A stretch of 41,525 nt of DNA from Bigelowiella natans CCMP2755. Lineage: Eukaryota; Protista; Cercozoa. How positions within the stretch are numbered: position 1 is the stretch's first letter; each line of letters starts with the position of its first letter. The notes under the pieces are model-generated. The model saw only the letters and a list, made by a program, of their open reading frames with translations, had not been told where the DNA came from and did no database searches. Location of the stretch: positions 1 to 41,525 of the forward strand of contig ADNK01001404.1 in assembly GCA_000320545.1 (NCBI GenBank), written 5' to 3'. The position numbers and the translations under genes are program-made. Of this stretch, positions 12,844 through 26,668 are shown in pieces.

Positions 12844-13887
12844 GATCGGATGAATCTTCAACTATACTATTTGTAGCCATATCGTAGTAAATACGCTATC
12901 TGAAGCACCCATTTTGCTGCTCCTCATGCTGGCAAGCTTGCTCTGAGAGCTTTGCATTGTGCATGGATTCCCTCAACTCCTTCTCGGCGACATGCTTTGA
13001 TGCCATCTGCTCCAGCCCGGCTTCATGCTGTGCCTCGAGACTCTTCACTTTCAGCTCATGCGCTGCCTTGAGGTTCTCCACCGCACTAAGATGTCCTGCG
13101 AGTTGTTCTCTGTGGTCGCTGAGCGCACGCTCAGCTTGTTCCCTGGTCTTCTCAAGCTCGCGTGCATGTTCTCTCTGCGCTTCGGTTAGCGCTTTCGAGT
13201 GCTCTTCAACTTTTAGCTTGAGCTCGGCTGCATGATTTTCTTCCTTCACAGCGAGCGCAGCCTTGCTCTCCTCGACCATGGTCACATGAGTTTGCAGCGC
13301 TTTGGCGTGAGACTCTTCTTTGACGATCAGCGCGTTCTCGTGGGTCTCTAACGCGTCTCGAAGCTTCTGCGTGAGCTGCTCGCTCTTAATCTGATTAGCA
13401 GCTTCAACGCGTTTCAGCTCCTCCTCGTGCGCGCTAGATAGTCTCTTCAATGCGCGAGTGAGCGACTCCTGCTGCTCAGCGGTGGTGCGGCCGGTTACTT
13501 CGGCGGCTGCAGATTGAAGCTTAGCGAGATTCTCGGCATTCTCACGACGACTGGACTCCAGAGCGGCCTTATGCTCTGCCTCCCGTCGTTGGGTTTCGGC
13601 TGCATGGGCGCGTTTGAGTTCCTCTAGAAGCCTCTTGTACTGATTAAGCGTTTGTTTCTGCGATGTTTCAATAGACTGGACCTACATGGCAATGGGGAAG
13701 GTGGGAGGGAACCATCATTAGGAGCGGAATACATGCCCCAGTGAGGTGTGGGATGAGAGACAAGAGCAGGACGAAACACTGTCAGATGACAGTGTGGGGC
13801 GAGCAGAGTTCGGGAGGATGAAGATGGGACGTCTCCGAACATGGTACAAATCAATCTATTCACTTAAGTCTCATTCATTCGTTCTTC

Positions 13888-13919
<32 letters not shown>

Positions 13920-13946
13920 CGCCACAACAACTTTCGACTTAAGACA

Positions 13947-13991
<45 letters not shown>

Positions 13992-16098
13992 ATATGATTC
14001 AAACGGTTTGTCTACAGTTTCGACTTCCGAATGTGAGTGTGGTTGTCATGCACAATGAGCTCATCTACCTCCTTCTCTCGCAGCATATCTGCGGTGTCTT
14101 GAATCTTCCTTGCTTCCACCTCACCGACTTTCGCTGCTCCGCACGGCCCTGCTCGAAATGAGCCTTTTCCGCGTCCTTAAGCTCTTGTGCATGCCGGCGT
14201 CGGATGCTGCGCAGCATTTCGTCATGGGTAGCCTTGAGAGTGTCGATCACTCGCTTTTCCTCCGACGCCTGCAGCCGTGCTGCCTCCTCTAACAGTTGCC
14301 TCTCGGCGCGCACCGCCTCCTTGAGCCGTTTCTCGCTAGCCTCTAGAGCAGCAGCATGCGCACGCTCAGCCGTCTCCAACTGCTCTGTGTGCTCTCTTTC
14401 GACGTCAATGAGCTTCCGTCGATGTTCTATCTGCGTGGCCTCTCGTGCTGCGGCCGATGTTACTGCGAGTTCCTCAAGTGCTGCCTTCTGCTCTGCCTTG
14501 GCGTGTGCCGAAAGCTTCTCCAGGGCGTCAGCATGAGCCTTCTCGGCCCGTTGTAAGCTTGCCTTGTGCTCCGCAGCTTCATCCCTTCGCGCCTCAGCTA
14601 TCTGCTCGCGCCCTCTTTCCGCCAATGCGACCCTGGCCTCGAGTTTCTCGCGTAAATTGTCATGCTCTGCGCGGAGCTCAGCAACCTCTGCGGTGTGTTT
14701 TTCCTCAGCTGCGCGCATAGCACTTTTTACCTGGGCCTTGGCACGCTCCTCTGACGCTTGCAAGCGCCCCTCGAATTGAGATGCGAGTTCTTCGATCGTG
14801 CGACTATGCCTGGTGAAGAGTTGTGAGCATGTGAAGAGGGGAGGGGTGAGGAAGATTTTCAAAAGGAGGGGGGAGGAAGGGAGTAGGAAGACATGTGGCA
14901 CATGTGCATGCATGTGGTGGAAAAGAAAATTTCAATCTTCGGATCGACGCACAAATTTCACACCCAGTCTTAAGCCGCGCAATCTCCGCGGTGTGTGCCG
15001 CAGCGGCAGCCTCCAGTTCGTGAGCAAACACCTTCTTCATCTCACTACGGACATCTGCAACCGCCTGCATTCGTTCCTCTGAGGCCTCCAGCCGACTCTC
15101 GCGAAGAATCTTCACGTGCTTCTTTTTCTCTTCCTCGAGCTCTTTGTACAAGGCCTCACGTTGCGTGTCGCTAGATTTGCGGCGTGCCTCGAGTTGCTTC
15201 CTATGCAGCGCGTGCAATGCATCGACTCGCCCGTTGAAATCGTCCTCCACCTTGCTCTCCGCGACCTGACATGATGATGGTGATGATGATGTGATGTGGA
15301 TGTGGATGACTTGTATGAAGACGATGCGCAGGATCATGGGCTTGGCGCTCTGCTACTACAAGCACTACCCTGTGGAGATTGCGACTCTCTTTCAAGGCTT
15401 CTTCGTGCAACTCCTCAAGCTCCAAGCGCTCTTTTTCGAGTCTTCGAATCTGGTTGTATTGCAACACAAAGGTCACTACATGCCTCGCCTTCCCTCCCTC
15501 CTCCCGCTTTTTCTTTCGTTATTCTTTCGTCTATCTGGTACTGGTGCTTAAGCTGTGGTGGTAGAAATTAGCAGTAGTAGTAGTAGTAGTAGCAGTAATA
15601 GTAGTAGCTGTAGTAGCTCACTGACAACCTGCTTGCGATGCTGCTCCTCCCTTTCCTTCTCCAGAGCAGCATACTCAGCTGCTTGTTTCCTCCTCGCCTC
15701 GCGTGCCTCCTTCGCGTCCTTCTCTCGACGAGTCTCTTCCTCCTCCACGGCTCGTCGTGCTGCGTCGCGCTCTTTACTTATTGCAAGGAGCTTCGCATCG
15801 AATGTTGCCTTCTGATCAATAAGCCGGGCCTCCGCCTCTAGCTGCAACTGTTGTTCCGCGTCTCGGTGTGCTTTCTCAAGTTTTTTTACTTCTTCGTCAA
15901 GTTTTCTACGCACAGAGCGTAGATGGTTGCTATGGCTCTCGCGCACCGTTTGGAGCTCTTTCGTGTGATCGTTGCGGATAAGCGAGAGCTCGGATGTCAG
16001 CTTGCCGCGCGCCTCGGCCTCCTGTGCCTCTACCTGTGCCAATTCGGCCTCGTGCTTCCGACGAGCAGTCTTCAGGGCCGCTATATTGTGAATGGGTG

Positions 16099-16139
<41 letters not shown>

Positions 16140-16144
16140 CTTAT

Positions 16145-16199
<55 letters not shown>

Positions 16200-18075
16200 A
16201 TTCTATCTAGCGAAAGGCAACAATTATTCGACCTTCTCTGTCGGCGATGAGCTTCTCTTCGGCCTCTGCGCGCACTCGCCGTAGTTCGTTGTTCTCCTCA
16301 GCGTGCTTTTTCCTCTCCACCCGGATCATTTCCCTCAGGCTCTCCTCCCTCACCCTCCCCTCCTCCACGACACGTGCAACCTCGCTCTTCGTTGTCGCAG
16401 CCAGGGCTTCTATCTGCTTCTCGTAGAGGACCATAAGATCCTTCTTCTCACCAGCATGCTTTCGCCGCATTGCATCCTCGCGAACATTGTTCGAATCAAC
16501 AAGAGAGACCGTCGCACGCTCGTGCTTCGCCTGCAACCCGCGCTGTTGAGCGTCTGCACGCTCTTCCACATCCGCCAGCTTGCGAGACAACTGCCGCAGA
16601 GCGCTCTTATGCTCGTCGTCACGCAGGGCGGAGAGGTCATCAGCAGCCTGGGAAAAAGAGAAGAAGCGGGGTCACATGGTTAGGTACATGGCGATTAACA
16701 TATACGTGTAGGTGAGTATATATCGCTTTCAATCTATCATGACTCTCTATTCTCGAAATTACATCTTAGTACATCCCCCATTATCATCGTATTAAATTAG
16801 GGAGATCAATACTATTATCATGACAACCCGTTTCTGCCTGGACAGGGAGTTGGCATGCTCGACTTTCAAGGCCTCAATCTCCCTCTTCATCTCAGCCATC
16901 TCTCTCGCCCGCGTTTTCCTTCAGATCAGCCTTCTCCCGATTATGGGCGGTGGAGATCTGTACCAGTTTGGCCTCAAAATCGGCCTGAGTCCGGTGCATT
17001 TCCACCTCAAGCATCCTTCGCTCCTCATTTCTGATGGACTCTGCTGCTGCGAGCTGGGAGGCATGGCGACGGTGTAGCTCTGCTACTTCGCGCCTGGCGT
17101 TAGCCTCTAGAGTGCGCTCCGATGCCTGGCGGGCAAGCAGTGCCGACTTTACCTCCTCGTCGTGGATACGGCGAATCTCCCTCATTGTTCCCTGTGCGTC
17201 TGCTTTAATGCGATCACGCTGCTGCGCCACTAGCGCACGCTCGCTTTCTAGGTCTTTCACCCGTCTGCGAGCCTCATTAAGAGCTGTATCATAACACCGC
17301 AACTTGACCCTCAAGCTGTCCGAAGCGTTCTTGAGCTGGAAGATGATCTCACGCGTGCCACCCCCCCTCCGATTGCGCTCGCGCGACCAAGAGAGCAGGG
17401 TCTCCTCCGCCGCGGTCACAAGCTCACGAGCTCGTTCCATGTGTGCGTTGGAGAGCTCCTCTTGCTTGGCCGTCAGGGAAGCCGAGAATCGGAACGTCTT
17501 GAGAGAGTCGCGGGCCATCGCCAGACGATTTCGTAGAACGCCAAGCCTTGCCATTGCCTAAAGAATGGGAGGGGAAGGAGCATAGATAAGGAGGCAAATT
17601 CACTCAGCCACGTCGTTAATCTGGCAGAAAATGGTAGTGTTGGTGATGAATGTAATCGCTGACAACGTAGCTATCCTAACTGCGACAGTAATCTTTAGAA
17701 TTTTGGAGACTCTTTGCTGCTGCTGTGTGATGATGATAGGTGGGACCTGCAATTGCTCTTTTCCATTGAGCTCATCATTTTCCATGGCTTCCTCGAATTG
17801 CCCTTTCAGCTTTCTCAGAGCAATCTCCGCACGTTTTTTCTTGGACTCGGCTGCATCACGAGCGATTGATGCCTTCTTGTTCTCCTTGCAAGCAATCTCT
17901 TGTTGATCCGCAGCCTGGTGAGATATCTCCTTTACTGCATTTAAATGCCGCAGCATGATCTTCACTGGCTGCAGGGCCTGCATCAGAGCGTATGTTTTCC
18001 CAATGAATCGTTTTGGCAAGATGGTAACGGTTGGTGGAAATATAGAATTTAGGGAGGGGAGAGTGTGTGTAATAG

Positions 18076-18118
<43 letters not shown>

Positions 18119-18450
18119 GATAAGAATATGATTACAGACATGAGAATATGATTACAGACATGAGAATGCTGCTAAAATGCTTCTAAATTCAACTCACTCT
18201 GACCTGCGTTTCAGCTTTTGACCCTAATTTTTGTTCCGTTTTTCGTCGTCGCAACACAGCTGCCTGCGCACGCACCTTGTCGTGCAGCTGTCCTGCAAGC
18301 GCTTGGGAAATCTGCAATGCGTCTCGCAGCGCTACACGTTCGCGAGAATGTGCTGTCGTCATGTGAGACCGAACACGTTCGCCCTCCTAAGATGTTGCAG
18401 TAGATTCTCTGAAGATGGAGATTTTGTAGAGGAGAGGGGAGGAGGGGGAG

Positions 18451-18490
<40 letters not shown>

Positions 18491-19211
18491 TGTAAAAATC
18501 ACAGGATTGCTTGTGCTTACCTTCGTCTTGGCCTCTTTCGCCTCTGCAAGCTGCTTCCGCAACACAGAAACAGCTCTCTCCAAACGGCGGACTTTCAACT
18601 GCGTCACTGCCTTTCCTGCCATCGTCACTGAAAAGAGAGGGAAATGGACGAGCAAGAACAAGAACAGGAACGAGAACAAGGTGAGGAAAAAAAACGATGA
18701 GCAATTAGGTAGGCGCAGTGTAATAACTGAGCACATCCCACGGGTCTTGTTCGGTCTTTTAGTTAACTTAATGTTTTTTCACTGAACTATTAGTGATGTT
18801 ATCATCATCCTACTTATGTTACCATCCGAGGAGGTGGCTCGACCGTTAGTAGATGAACGTTTGGAGGTCGTCAGGTAGTAGCTGCTATCAGAAATTCTGC
18901 TACTGCTACTATGATCCGAGACTCTCCTTTTTCGCTTCTCTTTCTCATCGCTGAGAGCTTGCTTCGCGGCGTGGTGCTGCTCTTTTGCCTCGTCGAGCTC
19001 TTTTCTGCACCGGGTGTGCGCAGAACGCTCGCTCGCCAGCCTTTCCTCGAGAGAATTCTTTTCTGCACGCGAGGCACGAAGGGCGCGGCTAGTCCACTCG
19101 AAGCGTGACTGAAGAGTCATGATCGCTTGCTCCTGTGTGTTGTGTGCCATACGAGTTTGCAAAGAGGGTGAAGGAGGAAAAAAAAAGAGGAGAGAGGGAG
19201 AAAAGCGATGC

Positions 19212-19259
<48 letters not shown>

Positions 19260-19613
19260 GTGAAACCTTTCTTTCTCTTATTTTTTTCCAACAGGGAATC
19301 AAAGACTTTCTCTCAATTTCTCTTCGTTCACATGCTGCACAAAGCCGCGCATCGCCTTCAGTTTTCGATACCTTTGCAATCTGGGAATCAGCCACAGTTG
19401 AAGCTGGAGGGTAAAAGATATCGTCGGCAACGTTCTTCTTAAGGGAGCTGGAAGGATTGATTTTATTGGTGCTTTTGGTCCCGCTGCTACTGTTACTATG
19501 TACTAGTCCTCCTTGCGCTATTTGACTCCCGTCTTCCCCTCCAGAAGTCGGTGGCCGTGGAATCGCAGGCGCGCCCTTGTGTTCGCTTTGAGGGACGGTC
19601 TCGGGCTTGGAAA

Positions 19614-19660
<47 letters not shown>

Positions 19661-20552
19661 GATAATGTAAATGGATTTTTTTTGAAGATGCAGGACGAGC
19701 TGCCTGCTTCGGCAGGCGAAAAGGCAATTTCAGTCGCGACAAAATAATTTAGACCTATGTTCACCTTTCTCTGCGGCGTCGTATATGTCGATCCCTTGAG
19801 GGATTTCGTATTTGTCATGCGGTCAAATACGCGGACGACAAGTTCTGCAGGCCTGGATATTATAATGATGATACTGGTAAGTATGGTGATGATGTAGGCT
19901 ATGTTTTAAGAAGCCACGAAGACCTTTACCAAACGTTTAAAGGATGGATAACGCGAACACGTTATATAAAGAGTATATTATCATGCGATTCATAATCGGT
20001 CCATTTCACAGTGAAGAAAATTCAATGTCGCCCCAATGCTCAAATTTTGAAAAACTCCTAGAGATGGGAGAGGAGCAACGAATCGGGGAGGCGTGAAATA
20101 TCCACTATTTTGCATTTCCACAAGGGACAGTTGTGCTCTCACGTTATGTCCTCTTCGGACTCCTTACGGAGACTCGCATTCATTTTTGCTGCGTCTTCTT
20201 GGGATATAGAAGGATCCAACTTTAATCTGCGTACAGTCCAATGAAAATAGTAAGAAAATTATGAGTCATGATGAGGAAGGTAGTGCAGCGGTCGACACCA
20301 AAATGGGGAAAGAGTCGCTGTTTTCATATAGATAAAGACGGTCGTGAGGAATAGTGACGATCATGTTGCAATGTTATGAGATTCAACGGACGGCATCTAG
20401 GTGTGTCTAGGTCATCATCACATGAGCGATTTGAGATCCTCGTCGTTGAATGCGGTAGCCGTCGAGTGGGTACCAACCAATTGTTTTCCCCCTATTGATT
20501 TCCGAGGTTGCTGATGGTCTGAGGCGTTTTGTACCCCCTTTTCACCATCCAT
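10805..20552 (-). CDS. Very large (roughly 2,100 aa, estimated) coiled-coil protein, about 18 exons, with a globular C-terminal insert; one apparent frameshift
   Basis: ATG 20552 has an in-frame upstream TAG. Exons 20552-20422 and 20226-20143 join in phase to PAELVVRVFDRMTNTK. Long E/K/A/R/H-rich heptad exons match ORFs 16892-17554, 16207-16590, 15548-16201, 14065-14913, 12896-13450 and 11372-12880. The inferred last exon ends ...VDGFIAK, TGA 10807-10805. Confidence 0.8.
18123..18167. repeat. Intronic 20-bp tandem duplication
   Basis: AGAATATGATTACAGACATG x2 plus AGAAT. Confidence 0.9.
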
Positions 20553-21651
20553 TGTGACTAACAGCGATGAGCTCACTTGTGAGTTCTAGTTGCGCAGCTC
20601 CAGCATCTCTTCGCGTTTGGAGAGAACCGGAAGGATTCGTGTAAAACTATTGGACGCGGGCGAGGGGTTGCTCGCGAGCGCTAGATGATTCTAAAGGCAC
20701 TTACTCCCCCACCCTCGCTTAGCGTACTTGTTCTCTCAAATCAACCTCGAGTAACCAGACCACAGCTACGCTGTAGAGAGCAGTAGATCTATGAGTTGGA
20801 TTTCCCTACGAACCGGCAAGCATGAATGGAAGACGGAGACTGAAAACAGCCTGTGTTTTCCAATAAATATCTTGCATTAGAGCGAAACTTTGGTAGCGCC
20901 TTGTTGATGAACAGTCTGGACCCCAATTAAAGCTACTGGGAAACAGTACCAAAACCCAAGCGAAATACTCAGCGCGACATGGAGGATGCGGCATCTCAGC
21001 GTCCTCTCAGCGTGGTTCTCATCTCCTTCCAATCCAGGAAAAAATATCAAGGATGTTTGCCGGTGATTGAGATCCTAGCTACCCACTCGCGCTCTGCTTA
21101 TGAAAAATTTGTGTTGCTTCGAGACACGAATAGACTGTTTTCTCCACTGAAAATATCTAAGATTCTCACGTTTCTATAAATCATATTTAGACTAAAAATA
21201 ATCGAGATGATATCGTCTCGTTCTTTTCACAAGTATTTCTACGCAGTCTCCACAAATAAGAGCTTTCGCACAGCTTTCGCACGACCCTGCGCCCCCCCCC
21301 TCCTTCAACCCCGACGAAGGTTCTGCATTGATGAGTTTGGTCTTTCGGATTCATGATTGTGTGATATGCTCTTGATCGATTCCTGGAGAACGATACGATC
21401 CATGATGAAAGCTACGGAGATGTTCGTAGATGATGAACGTGTGGGGGGGGTATCTTTTCTGTGTGCGGACGCTGCGTTATCAGCACGACGGTATATGCTC
21501 AAATTTCCCGACTAAAATTGTAGGGGCTGCCGAGAGCGGCGTGAAAACGCCAGAGAAGACATAGATAATGCAGAAGAAGGTTGTATCTCGGAAATCCGTG
21601 GCACAGATTGGCCCTGATCGAGGAGGAGCTAACGGGTCTCACAACATCACG

Positions 21652-21779
21652 ATGATGTCTAGCATTGGGGGTATTGCAGCGATACTAATAATATTCAATC
21701 ACTAATCAAGCGAATACTGTGGGCGGGGGCGGCAGGGATGGTTCAGCACCAACGTGTATCAACCACCTGTCTTCATCAC

Positions 21780-21810
<31 letters not shown>

Positions 21811-22556
21811 GTCATCATCTTATATCGTAAAAAAGGTAATGGACAAGACGGTAGCAAAGGAGTTGGGGGAGGAGGGGGCGCTGTTTCTAGTCGCGATGAT
21901 CAGCATCATCAACGCGGTGGCGACATAGATGACCACGACGACCACGATCCGAACCAGAAGAAAACGAGGGGGATATGCAGCTTGTTCTCCCTGCAATGGG
22001 TACTTAAAATCACGGGAAATCATTAGTTGGAGAAAAACCACAGGATGTCGCTGAATAAAACTATACTATAAGGGCTTAATCTCGATTTACATACGAAGAG
22101 CATCTTACTGTGTTCTTCTTCTTGTTCCGTTTTCTAAAATTACTCAAGGCGAAGTCGATATTCAGAAGCCATCCGATACCATGCATTATAGGTTGCAAAT
22201 TAGTACTTATAATTTATACTAGCAGGGTCATCCCTTCTTCTTCTTCTTCTTCTTCTTCTTCTTCTTCTTCTTCTTCTTCTTCTTCTTCTTCTTCTTCTCT
22301 TCTTCTTTTTTTCTTATTATACAATTGATTCCACACATTTTTATAGCTGATACTGATGCTGTTGGGGGTTATCCACGTACAATTGCTGCAACCTTCACAA
22401 TCTTACTATTTGTCTTTTTACCTGTCAGCGATGTTCTTCGTTTTCGTGATCGTGTTGGCGTCGATCTATCTATTCCTCGAACAGGAGTACAAGACAATCA
22501 CTGTGCAAAAGAAGCGAGCAGAAATGAAGAAAGGTGCTTTGAGAAGAAGCATCTAA
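21652..22556 (+). CDS. Small (117 aa) single-pass membrane protein of unknown function
   Basis: Exons 21652-21670, 21836-21999, 22149-22191 and 22429-22556 join in phase with GT-AG introns (354 nt). Peptide: MMSSIGGNGQD...LQWAKSIFRSHPIPCIIAMFFVFVIVLASIYLFLEQEYKTITVQKKRAEMKKGALRRSI*. Confidence 0.65.
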
Positions 22557-22777
22557 CAGCAAAAAGAATGTCCCTCCCTCCCCACTCCCTCCGACTTTCA
22601 TTTTCGCACACAAATACTCACTAAAAGAAGTAGGGGAAGGAGAGTGGGGTACTCTTTTCTACACATTTATACACACATACTCTTTCTCCCTGACTGTGTG
22701 TCTGTGTGTATGCGCGTATGTGTGTATGTGTGTATGTGTGTGTGTGTGTGTTGTGTTCGTTGTGCAAAAAAGCTCAT

Positions 22778-22816
<39 letters not shown>

Positions 22817-23228
22817 ATCATCGATGGATGGATCGAACGACATAAAGCATGGTTCAAGAGCAACTTCAAGAATATTAACAAAATTAGCAAGTAATCCCTT
22901 CTCTTCCTCTATTTTCCCTTCGCTTCTTTACTAATATAACGACAAGTAACACATATATCTATCGTAATCTTACACTATATTTACGCACCCACATGTGTGT
23001 GTGTGTGTGTGTGTGTATGCGCGCGCGTGCGCGTTATAATATATTTTTACATTATGTGTATTCGTAGTTGCATTTGTTTATTGTATGTGTGGTCTTGTCG
23101 CCTATCCTTGTAGGGAAATTAAGAGTAAAATAGAGCAGGAACATCCTGAACTTGCAGAAAAGCAGAAGGTTACATTCATACAACAAGTATTCCTTAAAAG
23201 GATGCATAAACATAAATATATGCACACA

Positions 23229-23268
<40 letters not shown>

Positions 23269-23549
23269 GAATTATGTACAATATCAGATTCATGACAAGG
23301 GAATGAAAGCCATAAACGAGAAGTTACCTGAAGTCCAAAAGTCGCGAGAGGGGAAAGAGAAGATTTCTGAGATATGATAATATGATTGTGCATTCTTTAA
23401 GCTTTGAAGGAGAGTTAGTAGTAGTAACAAACATTCGATGTGAGATGATTTACACATGGCGAGCATACTCACACCGTACCGAACCATCAACATCCATTTA
23501 GTACAACGAGCCCAGCTAGCCAGCGTGCCCTATCCGCACGTGTGCGTGT

Positions 23550-23602
<53 letters not shown>

Positions 23603-23698
23603 ACGATACCGGTCTACACTGCTGTGCCTACGGGCGGCTTACTTACGCATACAGCGGCTCTTATACTTTTTAACTAAAGACGCTGCTGCTACAGCATA

Positions 23699-23710
23699 CA
23701 TGCTAGCATG
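23699..23710. repeat. Palindrome CATGCTAGCATG, copy 3
   Basis: Exact 12-bp self-complementary sequence. Confidence 0.9.
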
Positions 23711-24279
23711 CTGCTAGCTAGGATAATTAAAAAGTATGGTTACGATTGTAATCGTCGCGATAACAATCGAATCGTCTATGTCTAGCTACATAGTCATGCA
23801 ATAGCGTCACTGTTAATACGCACATCATGCATGTAATGTTGACCAGCTAGCCAGGTCCCGCCCGATATGTTATTCACTGCTGATCGATGTCGACTAATAT
23901 GAAAACATGGGCGGAAGAGCATACATCTGGATGTGCAGCTTTGCGCCGATGCGAGATCAAGCACAGCAGACCTATGCATGTACGACATGGTGAGTAGGTC
24001 TCATACTGCGGCAGCGTGCTGCTGCGAGAGGAGGATGGGATCGCTCATGGCGACGCAGCAGTGCAATGTGCGATGCTTCCATGCGAGGAAACGCACGTTT
24101 AGAAGCAATTTGTTGTTTGTGTGTTGACGTTTGTCGTTAATAATTAATGTACAATGCCATGTCAGAAGGATCTGTCATATAAAACTACACAATTAAAGGC
24201 CCGGTGATCACGACCACTACCATCATCACAACTACTCATTACAATTATCACAGAGGCTGTCTGCAAAGACAACTACGTC

Positions 24280-25044
24280 TTAGCGGGACGCAGCAGCAGC
24301 CTTGTTCCGCATATTGCGCCATTTGTCCTTGAGGTCAACGGTTCTCCTGCCTGGGAAGCTGAACTTGGCCTTTATCCTCGCCCATTTGTTGGGCATCTCA
24401 CCATAGAGATCGAACCCCTCTCTCAGATCGGCCTCTTCTTTCTCTGACCACCTTCGTCGCTTCTTCTTCCCTTGCCCCCCCGCCGAGCGTTTCTGGCCTG
24501 CTCTGCTGCTGCTCCTCCTCCTCACCAGAGCACCGTGATTCCTTGCTTTTGGGCTCGCAAGCAGCCCCTCGTCGTATTTGTCCGCCTCCTCCCATGACAC
24601 CTCCTTGGCGTCGGGGTGTTCAAAGTCGTATTTGGAGCGCGATTCCACCCCAGCGCCAGGAACAGTAGCAGCGGCACCTGACGATAGTCGCCGTGCCATC
24701 TTAGACTTCTTCAAGATGCTTGGAAGAGGGTCCACCACCCTGGACCTGGAGTAATGGTGAGAAGGGGAGGGGAGAGGGGGGGTAAATAACGAGTCCCTCA
24801 CAGGTGATAGCTAGCTGCTGCGTAGTTCTTGCTTCTTCAAGCGAGAAAAGCGCCTTCATCGGTCGTGTTCATAGTCACAGCATGTGCGAAGGGCCACGCC
24901 AGAAAGTGCTCAGTTCATAGCAACAGCAAACGTGGTGACTGCTAGCTACTACTACTCCCACACTACTTTTACGAGTACAATCACTACTACCATACTCATC
25001 ACTGTTCATGTCAGTGCTAACTATGTATGCACACACACAAATTA

Positions 25045-25077
<33 letters not shown>

Positions 25078-25226
25078 CCACGTAATATTGGTGGTTCCTT
25101 CGTACTTGAATTGCTTGCTCTTCCTCTTCAGCTCCAAAGCTGCCACCGTATTTCGCTGACCCTTTGGCTAACAGAAAACGACAAACAGCATCAGAAAAAA
25201 TATGCACAACCCCTCCCCCCTTCCCC

Positions 25227-25292
<66 letters not shown>

Positions 25293-26627
25293 AAGATGGT
25301 GGAAGCTACCGCTAGATAATTCAAACTATCTATTTAAACATATCAAGTTCTTCTTATCGCGTATTTTGTTCGGATGTGCGTGTACCTGCTGATTCTCCTC
25401 TTCCTCATCGTTGCCGTCATCCTGATCAAATTCCTCGATATCTTCTTCTTCTTCCTCCTCCTCCTCCTCCTTCTCCTCATCATCATGGCGCTGTGCTTTC
25501 CTTCTGCTGCTACGCGTTCTGCGAGTGCTAGTCTCGACGATGACGTATTTGGTTGTGTCCTCTTCGGAAGAGCTCTTGTGGCTTGCTGCCGCGTCACTCT
25601 CCTCCTCTTTCTCCTCCTCCTCAACTTCAATTTGCTCGCCCTCGTCACTATCATGGTTACTATTAGAAGCTGGCCTTCCCGTCGCCCTGCCCCGCTGCGG
25701 GGCGGTCTTAGTCTTCTTCCTCTTCCTCATAACGCGCCGACTCCTCGCCTCATCTGTCCTGGTTGCAAGCCGTTGGTGCTTGTGATCTCCTCCAGCATTT
25801 TTTCTACTAGTTCTGCTTTTGCTGCTGCTGCTGCTGCTGCTGACAGCATTGTTCTTTTGCAGTTGTTGTTGCTGCTGTAAGATCTTTGTGGCCATATTGA
25901 GATAAGCACTTTTGTCGCGGCGGCGGCGTTGGAGTCCACTAGCTCCTCCGGCGTGGCGGTTGCTGCTCTTGCTGCTGCTGCTGCGGGCAGTACGAAGGTA
26001 TTGAAGGGTATCCTCCTCCTCACTAGAGGCATCCTCGCCTTCCGCTTCGATTTCCATATCTCTCTCTTTATTCCTCAACGCGCGTCTTCGTCGGAGCAAT
26101 GACTGATCCTTGGTGAAATCGAAATCATAGTCTTTCGTTGTCTGTTTCCCCCTCCTCCCCACCCTTCTTCCATCAGTATGTTCTTCTCGCTCAATATCGT
26201 TGTCCTTTCCTCCTTTCTCCTCCGACTCCTCGGCCACAGGCGCTTTTTTGCGCTGCTTTTCCATCACAGTCGGGATGCTAGTACTCGTGCTCCTTTTGCC
26301 GCCAACTTTCTTGGAGATGTCTGCGACCTGATGGGGGGAGGATGCGAGGAGGCGATGTTACGAGGAAGCTGCGAATGGGTGTGCGATATGTCCCAGCATA
26401 AGTTGTCGTCGAATAAATACCAACTATACGTCACGAATCATATCATTGTTATCATCAGTCTCCGACCCTTCTGCATGGCCTCTTAGAAGCAAACGCGTCC
26501 TCGTTTTCCACCTGTAGGCGAAGTAATTTAGCAAAATACATTTTGTGGATTTTTCCGAAAAACAGCGAAAGTAATGGTAGCATCCTCGCTCCCTATTACA
26601 TCTGTTAGCCCATATACATGTCAGTTA

Positions 26628-26668
<41 letters not shown>

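Noticed and set aside
20268-20522. C/D box snoRNA (ATGATGA...CTGA)
   Set aside because: It overlaps, antisense, the first coding exon of the coiled-coil gene; no terminal stem or guide was recognised.
22356-22428. Extra hydrophobic segment LILMLLGVIH... as part of the small membrane protein
   Set aside because: A cleaner in-phase model joins exon 22149-22191 directly to 22429; this stretch looks like the 3' end of the intron, although alternative splicing cannot be excluded.
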